From assembly GCF_000018465.1 (NCBI RefSeq), contig NC_010085.1:660001-692000 (forward strand): DNA of 32,000 nucleotides, written 5' to 3'. The notes beneath the pieces are model-generated. The model was not told the origin of the DNA. It ran no database searches and saw nothing but the letters and a program-made list of their open reading frames with translations. Source of the stretch: Nitrosopumilus maritimus SCM1 (GTDB lineage: Archaea > Thermoproteota > Nitrososphaeria > Nitrososphaerales > Nitrosopumilaceae). Below, piece after piece: positions 9,437 to 18,746 of this stretch; the stretch's first letter is position 1, and each line of letters opens with the position of its first letter. The position numbers were made by a program, and so were the translations under genes.

Positions 9437-9981
9437 TCTACAAAATACTTGTCATATCTTTCTCTACTCTCTTCATCAGATAAAATCTCATATGCTTTGT
9501 TTAATTTTGACATCTCTTCTTCTGAATCTTCTTTTGTTTTGTCTGGATGTGTCTTTTTTGCAAGTTCTCTGAAACTTTTCTTTATTTCTTCTTGTGTTGC
9601 ATCTCGTGACACTCTTAAAATCTCATAATAGTTTGGTAGTTCATCATTTCGTGCAGCTTCTCTGAATTCTTTATCTTTGATAGTATTTCTTCTAGTTCCA
9701 ATCTCTTCATAATCATCCCCCCAATCTGAATGATATTTTTCATTTGTTTTGTCTTTTTTTGATTCTAATTCTTCTTTGTCATATGTTGTTTTTCTTCTAA
9801 GAATAACATCTCTTGCTAAAAACAAAAACAATCCAATCACTGCAATTGAAAATCCTCCAAAAATAATTATTTTTTCTTCATCTGATATCTCTAATTCCAT
9901 ATCTAGTTCTTTTTCTTGTGCATATGATGTTTGAACTAACAGTAAAACTAATGATATTAGAAAAATACTTGCAATCTTCAA
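9433..9981 (-). CDS. Membrane-anchored J-domain (DnaJ-like) protein
   Basis: 182 aa: signal peptide, TM segment IIFGGFSIAVIGLFLFLARDVIL, C-terminal J domain NYYEILRVSRDATQEEIKKSFRELAKKTHPDKTKE with HPD motif. Confidence 0.9.
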   Translation of the reverse strand: MKIASIFLISLVLLLVQTSYAQEKELDMELEISDEEKIIIFGGFSIAVIGLFLFLARDVILRRKTTYDKEELESKKDKTNEKYHSDWGDDYEEIGTRRNTIKDKEFREAARNDELPNYYEILRVSRDATQEEIKKSFRELAKKTHPDKTKEDSEEEMSKLNKAYEILSDEESRERYDKYFVD

Positions 9982-9991
9982 TGTTTTTTCA

Positions 9992-10435
9992 CTATGATAA
10001 TCTGAAATCTTCTTTTGCAGTATTTAATACTACATGTGTAATTGTATTTTCAACATTAGGGATTGAAGCCAATTTTTTAACAAATCTACTCAGCTCATTT
10101 CTTTCTTTAAATTTTGCAATGATTATGGTATCTGTGGAACCTGTAATGTCGTAAACTCCACAAACATTCTCAAATTTTGATATTTCTTCTTCAATATCTA
10201 CAACTTTGTCATTTTTTGCAATGATTTCAATTATTGCAGTAAGCGAATATCCAAGTTTTTCATGATCAATTATTGCAGAATACCCGTTAATGATCTTCTC
10301 TTTTTCCATTTTTTTAATTCTTGATAGAACTGTTACAGTAGACATTCCAAGTTTTAGTGCTAATTGCCTTGCTGATAGTCGTGCATCCACCATCAAATTT
10401 CTGAGAATTTTTTCATCAGTTTTATCTAAATCCAC
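9992..10435 (-). CDS. Lrp/AsnC family transcriptional regulator
   Basis: 147 aa: MDLDKTDEKILRNLMVDARLSARQLALKLGMSTVTVLSRIKKMEKEKIINGYSAIID HTH plus RAM domain. Confidence 0.93.
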   Translation of the reverse strand: MDLDKTDEKILRNLMVDARLSARQLALKLGMSTVTVLSRIKKMEKEKIINGYSAIIDHEKLGYSLTAIIEIIAKNDKVVDIEEEISKFENVCGVYDITGSTDTIIIAKFKERNELSRFVKKLASIPNVENTITHVVLNTAKEDFRLS

Positions 10436-10558
10436 ACAGTCTATGCTTGAAAAATTTATTTAAATTTTCATTAATTTTCTGTAAATTTGTTTAATTTGTT
10501 AGGCTCGTATTCTTCAATGATTTTTCAAATTTAATACAAATACAAAATATCACTATTT

Positions 10559-10786
10559 GTGGAAAAAATCCAAGAACTTGTATTTCATGGTAAGGCTCTC
10601 TTAGAAGATGGAAAATTTGATGATGCCTTGGGATTTTTTGAACAAGCACTTCTTCTGAATCAAGAAGATCCTGATTTGTGGAATTACAAGGGTATCACAT
10701 TACGAAGCCTTGGTAGATACGAAGAAGCAATGGATTGTTTTAACAAATCTCTAAAAATTGATCCTCGAGATAGACATTCTTCTTGA
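10559..10786 (+). CDS. Short TPR protein (possibly a remnant)
   Basis: 75 aa with two TPR units (ALLEDGKFDDALGFFEQALLLNQEDPDLWNYKGITLRSLGRYEEAMDCFNKSLKIDP); GTG start. Confidence 0.6.
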   Translation: MEKIQELVFHGKALLEDGKFDDALGFFEQALLLNQEDPDLWNYKGITLRSLGRYEEAMDCFNKSLKIDPRDRHSS

Positions 10787-10858
10787 TCTAATGTTGACAA
10801 ATAGTGAATCTATATTATTAACAAAATATTATCTGGTATATTGAATAACATAGATCGT

Positions 10859-11335
10859 ATGCTGGCTGAAGCCTATGAATGTGTTGAAGAAGGTGACTTT
10901 CATGATGCAATCAGTCTTTATGATCTTGTACTCAAACGCGAGCCTTCAAACATTGGAGCTCTAATCGATAAAGGTGTAACACTGCAAAATATGGGCCGAA
11001 TAAAACTTGCAGTCAGAACTTATGATAAAGCATTATTGCTTTCTCCTCAAAACATCGATGCATTACTAAATAAAGGAACTGCATTACATTCTGCTCAAAA
11101 ATATGATGAAGCAATGGAATGTTATGATGCTGTTTTAAAAGTTGATAAAAAATGTGCAATGGCATTGGCATACAAGGGATTGTCTTTAGGAGAAACTGGA
11201 AAACTTCAAGATGCATTAAAACATTTTAAGAAAGCATTATCCATCGACAAAGAATTTGATTTAGCAAGTATTTCAAAAGATATTGCTAAAGATTTACTAA
11301 AATCAATTAATCAGAATAAAATCAAAACACAGTAA
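10859..11335 (+). CDS. TPR repeat protein
   Basis: Multiple TPR units (AEAYECVEEGDFHDAISLYDLVLKREP..., GTALHSAQKYDEAMECYDAVLKVDKK). Track start is 10841; ATG at 10859 is an alternative. Confidence 0.85.
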   Translation: MLAEAYECVEEGDFHDAISLYDLVLKREPSNIGALIDKGVTLQNMGRIKLAVRTYDKALLLSPQNIDALLNKGTALHSAQKYDEAMECYDAVLKVDKKCAMALAYKGLSLGETGKLQDALKHFKKALSIDKEFDLASISKDIAKDLLKSINQNKIKTQ

Positions 11336-11495
11336 CATCCCCTGGAGCAGGTTCTTTATTCATCTCTTTTTCATGCGATTCAAAAAATTCTGTATGTTCT
11401 GAATTTTGATGTTTTCTAAGATCCTCCAAATTCTCAAATCCTTCATGACATAGATAGCATTTTGGCTTGTGTTCATCTACTAAAGGGAGTACCAT
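11322..11495 (-). CDS. Small C2H2 zinc-finger protein
   Basis: Not in the supplied track. Decoded by hand: MVLPLVDEHKPKCYLCHEGFENLEDLRKHQNSEHTEFFESHEKEMNKEPAPGDVTVF* (57 aa); CYLCHEGFENLEDLRKHQNSEH matches C-x2-C-x12-H-x4-H. Confidence 0.75.
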   Translation of the reverse strand: MVLPLVDEHKPKCYLCHEGFENLEDLRKHQNSEHTEFFESHEKEMNKEPAPGDVTVF

Positions 11496-11550
11496 ATTCT
11501 GATATTCCTGTTTGCCTACTTATTTCTTGAGCCTGACTAAGGAATATATC

Positions 11551-12669
11551 ATGATGAGGTTGTTTTATGGTATGTTGGAGCAATTAGTAGGTGACTCTAA
11601 GGCATTAGATCGAGCAATTGCAGGAGAAGATTTGTCCTACAATGACGGTATGGATTTGATGAATTATGATAATTTACATCTTCTTGGTGCAGTTGCTGAT
11701 GCTCGAAGAAAAGAGTTGGTTGGTGATACTGTAACTTTTGCAGCATCTTATTACATGAATTACACAAATGTCTGTGCTGCAAGTTGTCAAATGTGTGCCT
11801 TTTACCGAAAAGATGGTGCTGAAGATGCATATACGCTAACTCCTCAAGAAATTGAACAAAGAGTTGGAATTGCAAAACAAATGGGAGCAACTGAAGTACA
11901 CATTGTTGGAGGATTTCATCCAAAACTTCCATTAGAATACTATGAAGACATGATGAGAATAATCAAAAAACATCATCCTCAACTAAACATTAAAGCATTA
12001 ACTGCTGCAGAAATTTTCTATTTATCAAAACTGACAAAAAATTCTACTAAAGAAATTTTATCTCGTTTAAAAGATGCTGGACTTGATTCAATGCCTGGTG
12101 GTGGTGCTGAACTATTTCATCCAGAAATTAGAAAACAAATTGTTCGAGGAAAATGTACTGGACAAGAATGGTTAGATGTAATTGAAGAAGCACATACCAT
12201 GGGAATTCAAAGTAATGTAACTATGCTTTATGGACATATAGAAAAACCTGAGCACATTGTTGATCATCTCATTAAAATTCGTGACTTGCAAAAAAAGACA
12301 AATGGATTTATCACTCTTATTCCTCTCAAATTTAGCCTTGATAATACTGAATTAGAACAAGAACATTTAGTAAATAATGAATGTTCTTCTGTGTATGACT
12401 TGAGAGTGATTGCATTGTCTCGTTTAATGCTTGCAAATTATTTGAACAACATTTCTGTTTATTGGGTAGCATATGGTAAGAAACTTGCTCAAGTAGCATT
12501 ATCTAATGGTGGTAGTGATCTTGTTGGTACTGCCTTTTCTGAAGAAATTTATCGCGCTGCAGGAAAAGCAACTAACTCTTCAGTAGATGAACTCGCAACT
12601 ATGGTAAAAGAGATAGGACGTGTTCCTGCACAACGAAATACTCATTTTGGAATTTTAAAGAATTTTTAA
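11551..12669 (+). CDS. mqnE: Radical SAM enzyme, aminofutalosine synthase-like (MqnE/CofH superfamily)
   Basis: MNYTNVCAASCQMCAFYRK (CxxxCxxC cluster), GGFHPKLPLEYY, GLDSMPGGGAELFHPEIRK and SNVTMLYGHIEKPEHIVDHL resemble MqnE more than CofH. Track ORF opens at 11512; ATG 11551 is the likely start. Confidence 0.75.
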   Translation: MMRLFYGMLEQLVGDSKALDRAIAGEDLSYNDGMDLMNYDNLHLLGAVADARRKELVGDTVTFAASYYMNYTNVCAASCQMCAFYRKDGAEDAYTLTPQEIEQRVGIAKQMGATEVHIVGGFHPKLPLEYYEDMMRIIKKHHPQLNIKALTAAEIFYLSKLTKNSTKEILSRLKDAGLDSMPGGGAELFHPEIRKQIVRGKCTGQEWLDVIEEAHTMGIQSNVTMLYGHIEKPEHIVDHLIKIRDLQKKTNGFITLIPLKFSLDNTELEQEHLVNNECSSVYDLRVIALSRLMLANYLNNISVYWVAYGKKLAQVALSNGGSDLVGTAFSEEIYRAAGKATNSSVDELATMVKEIGRVPAQRNTHFGILKNF

Positions 12670-12971
12670 TTTAGATGTTTTTTAATAGATTCTAATTTTT
12701 CTTCTCCACTTTGCTGTTTGTCTTTCCTTGAATCAATTTTTATTATTACTTCCACTCTGTCAATTCCTAAATTATGCACTGTTTCAGTCATTTGTTTTGT
12801 AGCTTTATTGATTGTCTCCATGTCATCCGATTCTAAAATGGTGCCCATTGGATTAATTTCATATTTCAGATTTTCAATTTTTTGAATTGATTCAATTGCT
12901 TTTGCAATGTAAAAACTTGCGCTGGTAGTTTTTGTTGCCATTGGATAAACGCTAATTTCTGCATGAATCAT
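12666..12971 (-). CDS. Thiamine-binding protein, MTH1187/YkoF-like family
   Basis: 101 aa: MIHAEISVYPMATKTTSASFYIAKAIESI...YEINPMGTILESDDMETINKATKQMTETVHNLGIDRVEVIIKIDSRKDK, family-typical pattern. Confidence 0.85.
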   Translation of the reverse strand: MIHAEISVYPMATKTTSASFYIAKAIESIQKIENLKYEINPMGTILESDDMETINKATKQMTETVHNLGIDRVEVIIKIDSRKDKQQSGEEKLESIKKHLN

Positions 12972-13008
12972 TTCTTTTCTTTATTTTTTGATATACAAAA
13001 AGATTAAA

Positions 13009-13284
13009 CTATTCTGCAGGTTTTTTCTCTGTTCTTTTTGCACTGCCTTTTCTGCGTCTTGCCCCAAAACTTATCAAAACCAGTAAAAATCCTACACCAA
13101 TCAACAATCCATACAATAATTGTAGTGCTTGATTTTCATCTTCTGCTACCATTAAATCGATAATCTCTTCTTCAGTCATTCCTACATGGCCTGTTGGTCC
13201 TTGACCTGTTGTAACTCCAATTATCACGCCTACAATAATCATGATCATGCCTCCTGCAAAAATTTTCTTATCTATTAACACCAA
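13009..13284 (-). CDS. Small membrane protein, two predicted TM segments
   Basis: 91 aa with hydrophobic segments FAGGMIMIIVGVIIGVTTG and LLYGLLIGVGFLLVLISFG and basic C-terminus. Confidence 0.65.
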   Translation of the reverse strand: MVLIDKKIFAGGMIMIIVGVIIGVTTGQGPTGHVGMTEEEIIDLMVAEDENQALQLLYGLLIGVGFLLVLISFGARRRKGSAKRTEKKPAE

Positions 13285-13390
13285 CTGATATTATTTTGAA
13301 TCTATCATATATTAGGAATTGGATGTAAAACTCACAGTTATCCATTTTTTAGGTATGGTTAATGATGCTGTGTCTGTTTTCTAAAAATTT

Positions 13391-13681
13391 CTAAAATCCT
13401 TCTGGCGGTCTTTGCACAAATACATTACAAATGAGTGCATCTGTCTTTTTGTCTCTATATTGCACATTACATGAAACAAATTTTCCTTTTAATGCTCTTT
13501 CTAGATCTTCTTTCGTTTTTTCTTCGTATTGTGGTTGATCTGGATTGTCAATTTTACTCATGATTATTTTTTCAACTTTACCATATTCTTCTTGATTGTC
13601 TTTTCTAGTGTGACTGATTAGTAATTCAAATGCGTTATTTGTAAGAATGTTGATGACCGCACCACCAATACCATCTCCCAT
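13391..13681 (-). CDS. Conserved hypothetical protein
   Basis: 96-aa ORF directly upstream-facing and close to the MqnD-like gene on the same strand. Confidence 0.6.
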   Translation of the reverse strand: MGDGIGGAVINILTNNAFELLISHTRKDNQEEYGKVEKIIMSKIDNPDQPQYEEKTKEDLERALKGKFVSCNVQYRDKKTDALICNVFVQRPPEGF

Positions 13682-13707
13682 AATTTTTTCCTCTTTTTGT
13701 TCTATAA

Positions 13708-14547
13708 TTACTTGATGGCGATGCTTAATTCAAAATCTGGAACAAGATCTTTTTCTTTTGCCATTTCAAACACCCTTCGAATTGATTCTTCTCCAGCATC
13801 TCCCATGTTTACAGTTACTTTATTGACATACATTTTTACAAATTTTTCAATCAAATCTCTTGGTTTTCCCCTAGAGTATTGCATTGCATATTCTATTGCA
13901 TCTTCTAAATTATCTAATCCATACTCAATTGATGCTTGTAGATACTTGTCAAATTTGTGGATTGTATCCATTCCCAAATCTGTTTTCATAACATTGATTC
14001 CTAGTGGAACTGGTAATCCATTTGTGGTTTTATCCCACCATTCTCCTACATCTAGAATTTTGACATTTCCTTCCTGTGCATATGATAATTGTGTCTCATG
14101 AATTACCAATCCTGCATCAACTTTACCTGATTTTACAGCCTCTGGAATATCACTAAAATTCATTTCAACATAATCAAACTTTCCAATCATTAATTGTAGC
14201 AACAAAAATGCAGATGTCATCTTTCCTGGAATTGCAATTTTACATTTTTTTATCTCATCAATAGTCATCTGTCCTCTTGCAGTAACAATTGGACCATATC
14301 CAATTCCAAAACTTCCACCACTACGCAATATTGTGTATCCTGGGATGTATGCGCAAGCATGTACTGAAACTGCTGTGACATCTAATTGCGGATCAGTAGC
14401 TTTCTGATTTAATTTCTCGATATCTTCAATGACATGATTCACTTTGAAATCTGGTGATGGAACTTTTCCTGTAAACATTCCATAAAACATGAATGCATCA
14501 TCTGAATCAGGAGTATGACCTACTGAAATTTCCATATTTTTCTCCAA
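13708..14547 (-). CDS. mqnD: MqnD/MqnA family menaquinone (futalosine pathway) enzyme-like protein
   Basis: 279 aa: GHTPDSDDAFMFYGMFTGKV, VDAGLVIHETQLSYAQEGNVKILDVGEWWDKTTNGLPVPLG resemble the MqnD family substrate-binding fold. Track ORF includes MEKNMEISV; Met at codon 5 is an alternative start. Confidence 0.75.
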   Translation of the reverse strand: MEKNMEISVGHTPDSDDAFMFYGMFTGKVPSPDFKVNHVIEDIEKLNQKATDPQLDVTAVSVHACAYIPGYTILRSGGSFGIGYGPIVTARGQMTIDEIKKCKIAIPGKMTSAFLLLQLMIGKFDYVEMNFSDIPEAVKSGKVDAGLVIHETQLSYAQEGNVKILDVGEWWDKTTNGLPVPLGINVMKTDLGMDTIHKFDKYLQASIEYGLDNLEDAIEYAMQYSRGKPRDLIEKFVKMYVNKVTVNMGDAGEESIRRVFEMAKEKDLVPDFELSIAIK

Positions 14548-14572
14548 AGACAGTCGTAATAAAAATCAAAAC

Positions 14573-15526
14573 ATGATCAGAATAGGTTTTCTAATATATG
14601 CCGAAAATTCATTCAACTTTGTGAATACCATTGATGCATTTGAGAAAGACATTCATCTGCAAGTTGATTTTCTAAAATCCTTTAAAAAACAAAAACCAAT
14701 TTCAAAATCTCTTCAAAAAAATACTATTTTTACTGGCAGTGGGGATTCGTTAATCTCTTCAATGCTTGCTGAATCTTTTTCAGAGGGCATGGTACACGCA
14801 ATGGATCCGTTAGATTTGTACAAGAACAAACATTTGGTAAAATCAAAACGAGTATATTTTGTTTCCATCTCAGGAAATACAATTACAAACATCAAAGTTG
14901 CTAAACTAACAAAAAAATCAATTGCAATCACTTCAAAATCTGATAGCAGACTAGCAAAAGCATCTGATGATGTAATTTTACTAGATGCTCCAACTAATCA
15001 TGTCTTCACTGCAGGAAGCATCACCTTTTTGGAAAGTGCCCTTACTTGTATCTCCCTTGTTAAACCTCTCTCTATTTCAAAATCTGAGGAAGTATTCAAG
15101 AAAGCAAAGTTTGATGCCAAAAAATCCAACCTCTCAAAAAAGGTCTATGTTCTAGGCAACCTCTTGACATTTCCTATTGCAATGTTTTGTGCAGCCAAAT
15201 TCTATGAGGTATTGGGATATGATGTGCATTATTCTAGAATAGAACAGTTCTCTCACATGGAGTTATTTTCTGCAAAAAGGAGTGACACTGTGATAATCTT
15301 TGAAGAAAAAAATACTCACAACAGACAACTTGCTAAAAATTTGGCCAGAGTTGGCATTAACGTGATTCATCCTAATCTTCCATCTGGTAAGATACCACAA
15401 CTATTGTATTGCATATTTTTCTCCGAATTTCTTGCACTCTATGAGGCAAAAAAGAAACACAAGAAAGATTGCCATTTTGTTACTGCAAAAAAGATTCGTA
15501 ATGTAAGCAACCAAATGATCTATTGA
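14573..15526 (+). CDS. SIS-domain (sugar isomerase-like) protein
   Basis: 317 aa with two SIS-like halves (NTIFTGSGDSLISSMLAE...RVYFVSISGNTITNIKVAKLT; SKKVYVLGNLLTFPIAMFCAAKFYEVLG...EQFSHMELFSAKRSDTVIIF). Confidence 0.8.
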   Translation: MIRIGFLIYAENSFNFVNTIDAFEKDIHLQVDFLKSFKKQKPISKSLQKNTIFTGSGDSLISSMLAESFSEGMVHAMDPLDLYKNKHLVKSKRVYFVSISGNTITNIKVAKLTKKSIAITSKSDSRLAKASDDVILLDAPTNHVFTAGSITFLESALTCISLVKPLSISKSEEVFKKAKFDAKKSNLSKKVYVLGNLLTFPIAMFCAAKFYEVLGYDVHYSRIEQFSHMELFSAKRSDTVIIFEEKNTHNRQLAKNLARVGINVIHPNLPSGKIPQLLYCIFFSEFLALYEAKKKHKKDCHFVTAKKIRNVSNQMIY

Positions 15527-15575
15527 TCTTTTTGCAAGGCTAAGGTTTAATAGCTGAATCCTAGGGTTTGCGAAT

Positions 15576-17768
15576 ATGGTAAAATTCAAGTCAACTAGCG
15601 ATGTTATGAAAATTATCAAAAATAAGGATCAGATCCGAAACTTTGGTGTAATTGCTCACGTTGACCATGGAAAAACTACCATGAGTGACAGCCTTTTAGC
15701 TTATTCTGGAATCATTGCGCCATCTGCTGCTGGAAAAGCACTTGCCATGGACTTTGATAAAGAAGAACAACAAAGAGGAATTACAATTTATCAAGCAAAC
15801 GTCACTTTACTCTTTCAACAAAAAGACAAAGAATACGTCATTAACATGATTGATACCCCTGGACACGTTGACTTTAGTGGAAGGGTAATTCGTAGTCTTA
15901 GAGCAATTGATGGTGCAGTTGTTGTTTGTGATGCAGTTGAAGGTATCATGACTCAGACTGAAACTGTAACTAGAATGGCTCTTGAAGAGAGAGTAAAACC
16001 TGTATTGTTTATCAACAAAGTAGACAGACTCATCAAAGAATTACGTTTAACTCCTGAAAAAATGCAGGCGCAACTTGCAGAAGTTGTTTCAAACTTTAAC
16101 CAATTAATTGATACTTATGCTGAACCAGAATACAAAGAAAAATGGAAAGTTTCAATTCAAGATGCTAGCGTGACGTTTGGTTCTGCAAAAGACAGATGGG
16201 CAATCAATGTTGATTTGATGAAAGAGAGAGGAATTACATTCAAAGACGTTATTGATGCATATGAAAATGAAAAGGTTGCAGACCTAGTCGAGAAAGCACC
16301 TTTAGCTGATGCAGTACTTGGAATGGTTGTAAAACATCATCCAGCTCCTGCTGAAGCTGTGAAATACAGAATTCCGCAAATTTGGAAAGGTGATTTGGAT
16401 TCTGATGTTGGTAAAGCGTTACTCTCATGCAGTGATGATGGTCCAACAATTATGATGATTGTAAACATGGTATTAGATCCTGCAGCAGGACCTGTTGCAA
16501 TTGGAAGGTTGTTCTCTGGAACAATCAAAGATGGACAAACTATTCAAATTATAGATGAAAAACGTGAAGGAAGAGTTCAATCTGTTAACTTTTTCATGGG
16601 AAACCAAAGAGAACAAGTAGGTGAACTTGGAGCTGGAAACATTCCTGCATTATTGGGATTAACTGAAGCTAGAGCAGGTAATACACTATCTACTGTTAAA
16701 GATATTCCAATGTTTGAAGGTGTCAAATACGTTTCAGAACCTGTTGTTCAAGTTGCAATTGAACCAAAACATCCTAAAGATTTACCTAAACTAGTTGAAG
16801 TTCTCAAACAATTAACAATCGAAGATCCTAACCTTGTCGTAAAGATTGATGAGGAGAGTGGTGAGACTATTGTTGCAGGTATGGGTGTATTGCACTTGGA
16901 TGTTGCAACTCACCGTATTCAAGATGCTAAAGTCGAGATTGTAACTTCTGAACCTTTGATTAACTACAGAGAAACTGTCAAAGCTGGTTGTGAACCAATT
17001 ATGGCAAAATCCCCAAACAGACACAACAAGATTTTCATGAAAGTAGAGCCACTCGAGCCTGAAATTGCTACTATGCTTAGAACTGGTGAAATCAGTGACA
17101 TGAAAGACAAGAAAGTAGTCTCTGATTTGCTCAAAGGTGCTGGATGGGATACTGATACAATCAAGAGAGTTATGAAATTTGATTCTCGTGGTAATGTTTT
17201 GATTAACGGAACAAAAGGTGTTCAATTTGTACAAGAATCAACTGATTCTATTAATTCTGGATTTGATGAAGTAATGAAAGAAGGCCCTCTCTGTAAAGAG
17301 CAAATGAGAGACTGTAAATTCACATTCACTCACTTTGTTCCTCATGAGGATACTGCACACAGAGGTCTATCTCAATTAGGACCTGCATCTCGTAGAGCAT
17401 GTATGGGGGCATTACTTACTGCAGGAACTGCTGTACTTGAACCAACCTTAGCAATTGAAGTTCGTGTACCAACTGATTTGGTAGGAAATGTTGCAACTGT
17501 TCTTTCAGGAAAACGTGGTAAAGTTCTAGATATGGCTCAAAAAGGTGCATCAAGTATTGTTACTGGAGAGATACCAGCTTCTGAAACCTTTACGCTATCT
17601 GAAGAGATGAGAGGTCAAACAGCCGGTCGTGCAACATGGAATACTTCATTCAAAGCATGGACTGAAGTCCCAAAATCAATGTTGTCTGCTGCAGTCTCTG
17701 ATATTCGAAAGAGAAAAGGTCTTGCTCCAGATCCACCTGGTGCAAACGAATTCATCGATAAAGAGTAA
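15576..17768 (+). CDS. fusA: Translation elongation factor 2 (aEF-2)
   Basis: 730 aa with GVIAHVDHGKTTMSDSLL, DKEEQQRGITI, DTPGHVDFSGRV, NKVDRLI and C-terminal APDPPGANEFIDKE. Confidence 0.98.
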   Translation: MVKFKSTSDVMKIIKNKDQIRNFGVIAHVDHGKTTMSDSLLAYSGIIAPSAAGKALAMDFDKEEQQRGITIYQANVTLLFQQKDKEYVINMIDTPGHVDFSGRVIRSLRAIDGAVVVCDAVEGIMTQTETVTRMALEERVKPVLFINKVDRLIKELRLTPEKMQAQLAEVVSNFNQLIDTYAEPEYKEKWKVSIQDASVTFGSAKDRWAINVDLMKERGITFKDVIDAYENEKVADLVEKAPLADAVLGMVVKHHPAPAEAVKYRIPQIWKGDLDSDVGKALLSCSDDGPTIMMIVNMVLDPAAGPVAIGRLFSGTIKDGQTIQIIDEKREGRVQSVNFFMGNQREQVGELGAGNIPALLGLTEARAGNTLSTVKDIPMFEGVKYVSEPVVQVAIEPKHPKDLPKLVEVLKQLTIEDPNLVVKIDEESGETIVAGMGVLHLDVATHRIQDAKVEIVTSEPLINYRETVKAGCEPIMAKSPNRHNKIFMKVEPLEPEIATMLRTGEISDMKDKKVVSDLLKGAGWDTDTIKRVMKFDSRGNVLINGTKGVQFVQESTDSINSGFDEVMKEGPLCKEQMRDCKFTFTHFVPHEDTAHRGLSQLGPASRRACMGALLTAGTAVLEPTLAIEVRVPTDLVGNVATVLSGKRGKVLDMAQKGASSIVTGEIPASETFTLSEEMRGQTAGRATWNTSFKAWTEVPKSMLSAAVSDIRKRKGLAPDPPGANEFIDKE

Positions 17769-17859
17769 AACCACTCATACGTTTTCAAATATTCTTGATT
17801 TTTCTTATTCCGCAATTTTTTAATAGTTGACCTACCAATAATAGGTTGACCTAGATGAA

Positions 17860-18438
17860 ATGAGTCAATCTGAGCCTACTTTAATGATGTATGAGCGTGA
17901 AAGGATAATTCTAGAGCATATCAAAGAAAATCCTGATCTGCATCATAATGCATTACTAAAACTAATAGTTCCAAAATTCATGGCAAAAACTACTTTTGAG
18001 AAAACTCGTGACTCTCTTATTGAGAAAGAGATCATCTTGGTAAATTCTAAAAGTAATATGAAATTCTATCATCTTACTGAAAATTACACTCACAAAGCAG
18101 CACAGCACATTGAGCAAACTACAAACAATTCTTTTCATGATCTTAAAATTCAAATCAAACGATTAGAAACTGATTTTCCTCATAAGGACATTGATGAAAA
18201 AATAAACATTTCAAATTCTATTTTGAGACGGTTATTGCAAACCGACAACGGCTTTACGATTTTGGATGCTATTAAAAATCCTAAAAAAACATTGTATAGA
18301 GACGAGCATTTAACAATTCAACAACTAATCTACCAAGTTTATGCGATAATTCAAAATGATAAGGACTCTGAATTATTGGTTCCAACAATTATTAGTTTTC
18401 TAGGAGTTATTGTGCCAAAAAATCCATCAGATAAATAG
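17860..18438 (+). CDS. Winged-helix-like transcriptional regulator, hypothetical
   Basis: 192 aa; MMYERERIILEHIKENPDLHHNALLKLIVPKFMAKTTFEKTRDSLIEKEIILVNSKSNMKFYHLTENY pattern of a wHTH. Confidence 0.65.
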   Translation: MSQSEPTLMMYERERIILEHIKENPDLHHNALLKLIVPKFMAKTTFEKTRDSLIEKEIILVNSKSNMKFYHLTENYTHKAAQHIEQTTNNSFHDLKIQIKRLETDFPHKDIDEKINISNSILRRLLQTDNGFTILDAIKNPKKTLYRDEHLTIQQLIYQVYAIIQNDKDSELLVPTIISFLGVIVPKNPSDK

Positions 18439-18481
18439 TATATTCTTTAGTTATTTATTCAGGTTCATTTTAGAATAATTC

Positions 18482-18712
18482 ATGGGACTATTATACACAA
18501 AATTTTATCTTGATTTTGATGAAGATGATTGGAATCAAATTTCAAATGATCCTATAATATTTCAGACCAAAAAAGAAAATGTTACTTTGGAGATTGAAGA
18601 CGCATCTCATAACTTTTACAAACTACATTTTAGAGAAGGTGGAAAAATTCAGATGTTCCGAGTTACTGGAAGATTTCGACTAACTTGGAATGATGATGAT
18701 GTTTTGGATTAG
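18482..18712 (+). CDS. Hypothetical protein
   Basis: 76-aa ORF MGLLYTKFYLDFDEDDWNQISND..., beta-rich. Confidence 0.55.
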   Translation: MGLLYTKFYLDFDEDDWNQISNDPIIFQTKKENVTLEIEDASHNFYKLHFREGGKIQMFRVTGRFRLTWNDDDVLD

Positions 18713-18746
18713 AAAAATTATAATGGGCTTTATCTGAATTGGAATT

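Noticed and set aside
11013-11216. Minus-strand ORFs inside strong genes (11013..11216, 11597..11932, 16249..16449, 16812..17234 and similar).
   Set aside because: Fully contained within well-supported TPR, MqnE-like and EF-2 genes; His/Gln/Leu-rich shadow composition.
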